From NCBI GenBank assembly GCA_964016885.1, contig OZ024756.1:38688001-38752000 (forward strand): a stretch of DNA of 64,000 bases, in the 5' to 3' direction. Below, piece by piece: positions 55,350 to 64,000 of the stretch. This stretch comes from Eledone cirrhosa (lineage: Eukaryota). Under the pieces are notes generated by a model. The model was not told the origin of the DNA and did no database searches. It saw only the letters and a list, made by a program, of their open reading frames with translations. Numbering within the stretch: position 1 is the stretch's first letter; the number at the start of each line of letters is the position of its first letter. The translations under genes and the position numbers were made by a program.

Positions 55350-55730
55350 GGTGGTTGATAGTGGTTCTTATGGTCAGCAGCAGTGGTGGTGGTATGGGAT
55401 GGGGGTCTGGTGGTTGATAGTGGTTCTTATGGTCAGCAGCAGTGGTGGTGGTATGGGATGGGGGTCTGGTGGTTGATAGTGGTTCTTATGGTCAGCAGCA
55501 GTGGTGGTGGTATGGGATGGGGGTCTGGTGGTTGATAGTGGTTCTTATGGTCAGCAGCAGTGGTGGTGGTATGGGATGGGGGTCTGGTGGTTGATAGTGG
55601 TTCTTATGGTCAGCAGCAGTGGTGGTGGTATGGGATGGGGGTCTGGTGGTTGATAGTGGTTCTTATGGTCAGCAGCAGTGGTGGTGGTATGGGATGGGGG
55701 TCTGGTGGTTGATAGTGGTTCTTATGGCCG
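55350..55730. repeat. 59-bp minisatellite
   Basis: GGTTGATAGTGGTTCTTATGGTCAGCAGCAGTGGTGGTGGTATGGGATGGGGGTCTGGT about 6 times, near identical. Confidence 0.93.
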
Positions 55731-56059
55731 GCAGTGGTGGTGTGGTGTAATGGGGTGGTATGGTGGTTGATAGTGGCTCTTGGCTCTTGTAAGGACAGCT
55801 GCAGTGGTGGTGGTGATGTTGGGTGTGGTTTGGTTCTGTAAGATGGTGGTGGTGTGGTGTTGAAGGATGGAGGTGTAAAGTTGGGGTGTGGTGGTGTAGA
55901 TAGTGGCTTCTTGTGTTGATGTCAGCAGTGTTGGTGGTGTGGTGGTGCTGTGGTGGTGGTGCTGTGGTGGCTGCTAGGCAACCAATGCCAGTAATGAGAC
56001 TGCTCACCAAAGTTTTCCTTAGTTTTCACATGTTGTAGCAGCATGTTCCTGCCTGTGTT

Positions 56060-56800
56060 ATTGTGGTGTGTGGTGTGTGGGGATGTGTGGTGTGTGGGGG
56101 TGTGTGGGGATGTGTGGTGTGGTGATGTGTGGTGTGTGGGGATGTGTGCTGTGGTGTGTGGGGATGTGTGGTGTGTCTGGGGATGTGTGGTGTGTGGTGT
56201 GTGGGGATGTGTGGTGTGTGGGGATGTGGTGTGTGTGGTGTGGTGTGTGGGGATGTGTGGTGTGTGGTGTGGTGTGTGGGGATGTGTGGTGTGGTGTGTG
56301 GGGATGTGTGGTGTGTGGGGATGTGTGGTGTGGTGTGGGGATGTGTGGTGATGTGTGGTGTGTGGGGATGTGGTGTGTGGGGATGTGTGGTGTGGTGTGT
56401 GGGGATGTGTGGTGTGTGGTGTGGTGTGTGGGGATGTGTGGTGTGGTGTGTGGATGTGTGGTGTGTGAGGATGTGTGGTGTGGTGGTGTGTGGGGATGTG
56501 TGGTGTGGTGTGTGGTGTGTGAGGATGTGTGGTGTGGTGGTGTGTGGGGATGTGTGGTGTGTGGAGATGTGGTGTGTGGGGATGTGTGGTGTGGGGATGT
56601 GTAGCGTGGTGTGGTGTGAAGTGGTGTGTGTGGTGCAGTATAGTGGTGTAGTGTGGTGTAATGGGTGGTGTGGTGCGGTGTAGTGTGGTGTGGTGTGGTG
56701 TGGTGTGGTGTGGTGTAGTGTGGTGTGGTGTGGTGTAATGTAGTGTAGTGTGGTGCGGTGTAGTGGTGTGGTGCGGTGTAGTGGTGTGGTGCGGTGTGGT
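56060..56800. repeat. GT-rich degenerate minisatellite
   Basis: GTGGTGTGTGGGGATGT-type units followed by (GTGTG)n. Confidence 0.9.
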
Positions 56801-58359
56801 GCTGTGGATTGTTTGTTCTTCAGAAGCAGGTCGACTCATGTTTACCAAACCCAGACTGGAGAATGTAAAGTGAGTTAAAAGACATTCTTATCCCCAAGTT
56901 TCACCCCTTCCTCTCTCTTTTACATACTCTCTCTCTCTCTTCCTGTCTCTCTTTCTATCCCTCTGTCTCTTTCTCTTTATCTCTCTCTCTATCTCCCCCC
57001 TCTCTCTCTCTCCCTGTGTGTCTCCTCTATTCCTATCAATCTCTTCCTTTACGATGTACACATGCACACACATCACAGACACTTATGCACATACATACAG
57101 ACACCACAGGTATACACACTCACACACACTCTCTCTCTCGCACACATCACAGACACATCAGAAGCCTTTGTTTCTACATAAAACTGATTGTAAAATATCA
57201 CATAGACTCCTGCACACATTAATGACAGACTCCTGTTTGTGTTTACTGTCTTGTTCTCTCTCCAAAGTGATTGGTCAACTGATCAACAAGTTTACTTTGC
57301 AATCAGGGTGGTTCTGGGTTTGATCCCACTGTGTGACACCAAGGATTGTTAATGGAATTGGGCAGTGGGAGACATTGTGTGAGCCCAACTGATGGGATCT
57401 ATTCTTCAGTAGAGTTTAATCTATGGAAATATTTATATTTGGTCTTCACCTTGAGAGTAACAACCTACCTCCAATCTCAGTAACTCTGGAAACAAGTCAT
57501 GGGGAACCATTACTCCTCAAGTGAGCAAGCCATTAAAATTGTTACAGACTGTCACTTCCAGGACCAAGTGCAAAGAACCGGAACAAATACCACAAGGCAT
57601 TTTTCTTCAGCCATCTAATAGCTTTTTGAATAATATGTTGTTTCATTTACTACTACTACTACTACTGCTGCTACTACTACTTCTGCTGTTACCACCACCA
57701 CTACTACTACTACTACCACAGCTACTGCAGCTATCACTATCCTTACCACCACTACTGCTACTATCACCAACTCTAAAACAACGACCATTATCACCAGCAC
57801 TACCAACACTATAACCATACACCACCATTATCACCAGCACTACCAACACTATAACCATACACCACCATTATCACCAACACTACCACCAGCACTATCACCA
57901 TTATCACCACCAGCACTATCACCATTATCACCACCAGCACTACCACCAGCACTATCACCATTATCACCAGCACTATCACCATTATCACCAGCACTATCAC
58001 CATCACCACCAGCACTATCACCCTTATCACCACCAGCACTATCACCCTTATCACCAGCACTATCACCATTATCACCCTTATCACCAGCACTATCACCCTT
58101 ATCACCAGCACTATCACCCTTATCACCAGCACTATCACCCTTATCACCAGCACTATCACCCTTATCACCAGCACTATCACCATTATCACCAGCACTATCA
58201 CCCTTATCACCAGCACTATCACCATCACCACCATCAGCAACATTATCACACTGCTACCCCCTCCTTCCAACAACTCTTTGCTGTCAATAAAAACTGGTCT
58301 GCTGTCATTGCTGCTGCTGTTGGTGGTGAATTGCAGCAACATCTACAGTTGCTGCTGCT

Positions 58360-59515
58360 GATGTGCAGTGATATCTACTGTTGTTACTGCTGCTGCAGAT
58401 GTTGTTGAGGTGCAGTGATATCTACTGTTGTTACTGCTGCTGCAGATGTTGCTGATGTGCAGTGATATCTACTGTTGTTACTGCTGCTGCAGATGTTGTT
58501 GAGGTGCAGTGATATCTACTGTTGCTACTGCTGCTGCAGATGTTGTTGAGGTGCAGTGATATCTACTGTTGCTACTGCTGCTGCAGATGTTGTTGAGGTG
58601 CAGTGATATCTACTGTTGCTACTGCTGCTGCAGATGTTGTTGAGGTGCAGTGATATCTACTGTTGCTACTGCTGCTGCAGATGTTGCTGATGTGCAGTGA
58701 TATCTACTGTTGCTACTGCTGCTGCAGATGTTGTTGAGGTGCAGTGATATCTACTGTTGCTACTGCTGCTGCAGATGTTGTTGAGGTGCAGTGATATCTA
58801 CTGTTGCTACTGCTGCTGCAGATGTTGCTGATGTGCAGTGATATCTACTGTTGCTACTGCTGCTGATGCTGATGTGCAACGATATCTACTGTTGCTACTG
58901 CTGCTGCAGATGTTGTTGAGGTGCAGTGATATCTACTGTTGCTACTGCTGCTGCAGATGTTGCTGATGTGCAGTGATATCTACTGTTGCTACTGCTGTTG
59001 CAGATGTTGTTGAGGTGCAGTGATATCTACTGTTGCTACTGCTGCTGCAGATGTTGTTGAGGTGCAGTGATATCTACTGTTGCTACTGCTGCTGCAGATG
59101 TTGTTGAGGTGCAGTGATATCTACTGTTGCTACTGCTGCTGCAGATGTTGTTGAGGTGCAGTGATATCTACTGTTGCTACTGCTGCTGCAGATGTTGCTG
59201 ATGTGCAGTGATATCTACTGTTGCTACTGCTGCTGATGCTGATGTGCAACGATATCTACTGTTGCTACTGCTGCTGATGTGCAACGATATCTACTGTTGC
59301 TACTGCTGCTGCAGATGTTGTTGAGGTGCAGTGATATCTACTGTTGCTACTGCTGCTGATGCTGATGTGCAACGATATCTACTGTTGCTACTGCTGCTGA
59401 TGCTGATGTGCAACGATATCTACTGTTGCTACTGCTGCTGCAGATGTTGTTGAGGTGCAGTGATATCTACTGTTGCTACTGCTGCTGATGCTGAGGTGCA
59501 GTGATATTTACTGTT
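58360..59515. repeat. 47-bp minisatellite
   Basis: GTGCAGTGATATCTACTGTTGCTACTGCTGCTGCAGATGTTGTTGAG about 25 times with shorter variants. Confidence 0.95.
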
Positions 59516-59559
59516 GTTACTTATGATGATGGTGGTGGTGATGTGTAACAACAGTCAGT

Positions 59560-59942
59560 GTTGCTGTTACTGCTGCTGTCGATGCTGTGCAGCAGCAGTA
59601 TCTGCTGTTACTGCTGCTGTCGATGCTGTGCAGCAGCAGTATCTGCTGTTGCTGCTGCTGTCGATGCTGTGCAGCAGCAGTATCTGCTGTTACTGCTGCT
59701 GTCGATGCTGTGCAGCAGCAGTATCTGCTGTTGCTGCTGCTGTCGATGCTGTGCAGCAGCAGTATCTGCTGTTATTGCTGCTGTCGATGCTGTGCAGCAG
59801 CAGTATCTGCTGTTGCTGCTGCTGTCGATGCTGTGCAGCAGCAGTATCTGCTGTTATTGCTGCTGTCGATGCTGTGCAGTAGCAGTATCTGCTATTACTG
59901 CTGCTGTCGATGCTGTGCAGCAGCAGTATCTGCTGCTGCTGC
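59560..59942. repeat. 41-bp minisatellite
   Basis: GCTGTCGATGCTGTGCAGCAGCAGTATCTGCTGTTACTGCT about 9 times. Confidence 0.95.
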
Positions 59943-61277
59943 ACTGACCTTTAAAATATTTCTCTGCTGCACAGTTATCATTGATTAGTTTACTTAAAGC
60001 TAACAACAAACCAAGTGCACAATGGTACAACAGTGCATGCAAACACTTGCATACATACACAGCCAGGCGTGTGCACCCAGTTATGCGACACAGATCCATG
60101 CTAGACAGTCACACATGCAAACATGCACTCTCTCCACACGCACACACAAATGTGTACATACACACACACACAGACATACATGTGCACATACATACACACA
60201 GAGCCAGGCATGTGCACGCAGGTATGCACAGAAATCCATGCTAGACAGTCACCCCCCCCCCCCCTACACATACATACATACATACAAACATACTTCCGGA
60301 CATACATATACATAAATGCATGCAAACATACACTCTCTCCACACACACACACAAACACTTGCATGCATACACACACATCCAGCCATCTGCATCCAGGTGT
60401 GCACACAGATCCATGCTAGACAGAGTCACACACATGCAGACATGCACTCCCTCCACACACACACACACACACACACACAGATGTTTACATAGACACACAT
60501 ACACACATACATATAGCTGGCACTCCGTCGGTTATGACGAGTGCTCCAGTTGTTCTATTAACAACAAACAACAACGACAACAACAAACAACTCTGTTAAC
60601 AACAACAACAATGACAACAACAAACAACTCTGCTAACAACAATAATAACAACAACAACAACAAACAACTCTGTTAACAACAACAACAACAATGACAACAA
60701 CAAACAACTCTAACAACAACAGCAACAACAACAGCAACAACAACAACAGCAACAGCTTTATAACAACAGCAAAAATAACAACAACAGCTTTATAACAACT
60801 ACAACAACTTAATAACAACAACAGCTTTATAACAACAGCAACAATAACAACTACAACAACAACTTAATAACAACAACAACAATAACAACAGCAACAATAA
60901 CAACTACAACAACAACTTAATAACAACAACAGCTTTATAACAACTTTATTAACAGCTTTATAGCAACTGCAAGAACAACAACAGCACTATTTGACAGCTG
61001 CAGAGTGCATAATTGAAAGAATTGCATGGCAGTGCAAAAAGACGACATAATGCAATATAAAACTGCATCAGTTGGGTGCAGCAATAGTTGCAGCATTAAT
61101 ACAAACTAGTGTTGTTGTTGTTATCTTTTGTAGAATTACAAACAATAACAACTGCAATTTGTGCAACTGGAAACAATTGCTAACATGTTGACAGCCTTAG
61201 CTTCCTCTTCCCCCTCCTCTTGTTTATCTTCCTCCTGTGTCTAATAGCATTTCCTTTTTCGTTTTCTTTTTAACACT

Positions 61278-61840
61278 CTGTTTGCCCATCTGTTGGTCAG
61301 TTTGCCCATCTGTTGGTCAGTTTGCCCATCTGTTGGTCAGTTTGGCCATCTGTTGGTCTGTTTTCCCATCTGTTGGTCAGTTTGCCCATCTTTGTCTATT
61401 TGCCCATCTGTTGGTCTGTTTGCTCATCTGTTGGTCTGTTTGCTCATCTGTTGGTTTGTTTGCTCATCTGTTGGTCTGTTTGCCCATCTGTTGGTCTGTT
61501 TGCCCATCTGTTGGTCTGTTTGCCCATCTGTTGGTCTGTTTGCCCATCTTTGTCTGTTTTCCCATCTGTTGGTCTGTTTGCCCATCTGTTGGTCTGTTTG
61601 CCCATCTGTTGGTCTGTTTGCTCATCTGTTGGTTTGTTTGCCCATCACTTGGTATATTTTCCCATCACTCAGTATGTTTGTTCATCTGTTGGTCTGTTTC
61701 TTTTTAACACCGTTTACCCATCTGTTGGTTTATTTGCTCATCTGTTGGTATGTTTGCCCATCTGTTGGTCTGTTTGACCGTCTATCATGGTCTATTTGCC
61801 CATCTGTCAATCTGTTTGCCCATCTGTTGATCTGTTTACC
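61278..61840. repeat. 20-bp minisatellite
   Basis: TTTGCCCATCTGTTGGTCTG, more than 20 units. Confidence 0.93.
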
Positions 61841-62487
61841 CTGGGTCAACCTCTTCATATACAAAAACTACAACCTTCCATTACAAGTTAATGTAAGTAT
61901 TGTTATTAAGTGGTGATTGTCATCAGAAAGTACATCTAGATACACTACATTGGCTCTAAAAGTGTTATCCAGCCTCCATAAATATATGCCATCATTGTAA
62001 AGTGTAAATAAATGTGAGACAATGACAACAACACTGTCCTAACCATGTTTAGTGAAATCTTATCTTATCTATAATATTTTTTAACCTTCTTTATTCGGAA
62101 CACAAAATACCTTTTCAAACAAATGTATAAATATTAACATATTATCACTTAAATAAAAACCAATATATGAAGACATAGTACATTGAAGATACCATAGCAA
62201 TGAAATAATAATTAACTCTTTTGGTGCAAGTCTTTGGTTCTATGAGACAAAACCATTAATTTTAAAGGGTTTCCTACATACTGTGAATTAAAATCTTTCA
62301 ACATAATTTAATATACAAACCTATTGTTGTTACAAATACTATCTTGATAATGAAATAATTAATAATTTTAGTAAATCCTTCCAAATTCTTCAATAATTAA
62401 TTCAAATACAATATCTTTTATTAGAAATATGGTCAGGAAATAGTTATTAGATTTTTACTGCTCAGAAAACCAGACAATTTGGGGTCA

Positions 62488-62614
62488 AGATTTTGATATT
62501 ATTTATTTTGAGAATAATACCTTAACATCAGTATGAGCGATTGGTTTCAGCCAGTTTGAACAGAAAGAGGTGAGAAAATTCTGGCTGGATACAGCCGGTT
62601 TAAATGATAAAGGA
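62488..62614 (-). mobile_element. piggyBac-type MITE, partial
   Basis: ...GAACAGAAAGAGGTGAGAAAATTCTGGCTGGATACAGCCGGTTTAAATGATAAAGGA-TTAA. Confidence 0.75.
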
Positions 62615-62953
62615 TTAATCTTGGACCGTGACAATCAGTTGAACCCATACCAGCATGGAAAGTAGATGTTAAAGGATGATGATGATGCTCTATGAATCAT
62701 TATGTTAATTTGGCTGCTATATCTAGTAAATTTATGAACTACATGGAGGCCACCTGGTTAGCTCAGATAAAACCAAGTTTGTGATATATATATATATATA
62801 TATAAATTTGTTTTGCAAGGTTTTTGATATGAAATCGTGTGTCGAAACAAATATTGTTATACTTGGGGAGGGTCATATTGTTATAATATTGCCAGAAATA
62901 ATAGCAGAACACACTCACAATACAATACAATACAATAGGAAGAAACATAATAG

Positions 62954-62997
62954 TGCCACTGATGATGTTGCAGATGTGCAACGAAAGAACTTTGATA
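62954..62997 (+). ncRNA. Degenerate type I minimal hammerhead ribozyme
   Basis: UGCCA-CUGAUGA-U GUUGCA gaug UGCAAC-GAAA-GAAC-UU|UGAUA; perfect core and stem II, weak stems I and III. Confidence 0.55.
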
Positions 62998-63187
62998 GAC
63001 TATATATATATATATATATTTAAATCTTTATTTGTAACCGCTGGTCAATCATTGATGAACATTGATTGCCAAATAAATTAACTATGGAGATATAAAAGAT
63101 ACAGAAGCGAAAACCAATCAAACAGTGAGTGTGGTCTGTTATTATTTCTGGCAATATTATTACAACAATATGACCCTCCCCAAGTAT

Positions 63188-63231
<44 letters not shown>

Positions 63232-63235
<4 letters not shown>

Positions 63236-63489
63236 GGTGTTGGATGGTTAAAGCGTCCATATACGGTAGGCCGTTTGAGCACTCGATGGTCTCACCGAGC
63301 AGAGTAGGATATCACAAAAAGAGAATCAGTGTTGCGACGAATGGAATTTATTGGACATATTACAATCGTTTCTCTGGGTCAGGTTCGATCATCACATCGA
63401 TCGTGCCTCGAGCCGGTCGCCAGGGAAACGATTGTAATATGTCCAATAAATTCCATTCGTCGTAACACTGATTCTCTTTTCTGTGATAT
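63232..63489 (-). mobile_element. Fold-back element of a different family (~70-bp arms plus ~77-bp tail)
   Basis: Arms 63309-63377 / 63420-63489 are near-perfect; flanked by (TA)n and (TG)n. Confidence 0.7.
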
Positions 63490-63824
63490 ATGTGTGTGTG
63501 TGTGTGTGTGATTATGTAAACTTGTCCATCCCACATACATTTCTATGAATCCGGTGTTTATAATCACAGGATTTGATGGAAGAAACAAAAAACAGAAAAT
63601 GTGTCTGAGAAATTTTTATGGAATTTCACAAAATATTCCATTGAAACAAACAAAAAAAAGCTTTTTCTATTGGTTTGTCTGTTGGTGTGTATATATGTGT
63701 GTATATATGTGAGGGTGTGTTGATGTAACATATGTGTGTGTATATAGGTGAGGGTGTGTTGGTATATATGTGAGTGTGAGGATGTGTTGGTGTATATATG
63801 TGTGTGTGAGGGTGTGTTGGTGTA

Positions 63825-63863
<39 letters not shown>

Positions 63864-64000
63864 ATATATATAATGGTCTGTTGGTGTATATATATATATG
63901 TGTATATGTGTGTTAGGATGTGTGTGTTAGTGTGTTGGTATATCTGTGTGTTAGTGTGTTGGTATATGTGTGTTAGTGTGTTGGTTTATGTGTGTGTGTG

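Overview
AT-rich, repeat-saturated eukaryotic (metazoan) DNA. The SINE, LINE and microsatellite content suggests a cephalopod such as an octopus; this is an inference, not a database result. Only one host coding segment is supported: a 175-bp internal exon (34082-34256, +) of RNA polymerase common subunit RPB8/POLR2H. No other exon of that gene was found, so the window is probably mostly two very long introns. The rest consists of (TA)n/(TATG)n/(CAC)n tracts, many minisatellites (several grown out of transposon sequence), an internally deleted piggyBac with a MITE family sharing its ends, hAT and Tc1/pogo MITEs, RTE LINE fragments and two tRNA-derived SINE families. The most notable signal is a set of short non-coding elements embedded in (TA)n. 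They carry type I minimal hammerhead ribozyme motifs (18613-18661 + with a mirror copy at 18292-18340 -, 36357-36417 -, 49014-49078 +, 62954-62997 +) and/or long fold-back palindromes (18248-18705, 43287-43406, 47209-47326, 63309-63489), as expected for Penelope-like or retrozyme-like retroelements. Nearly all ORFs in the supplied track are translations of simple repeats.
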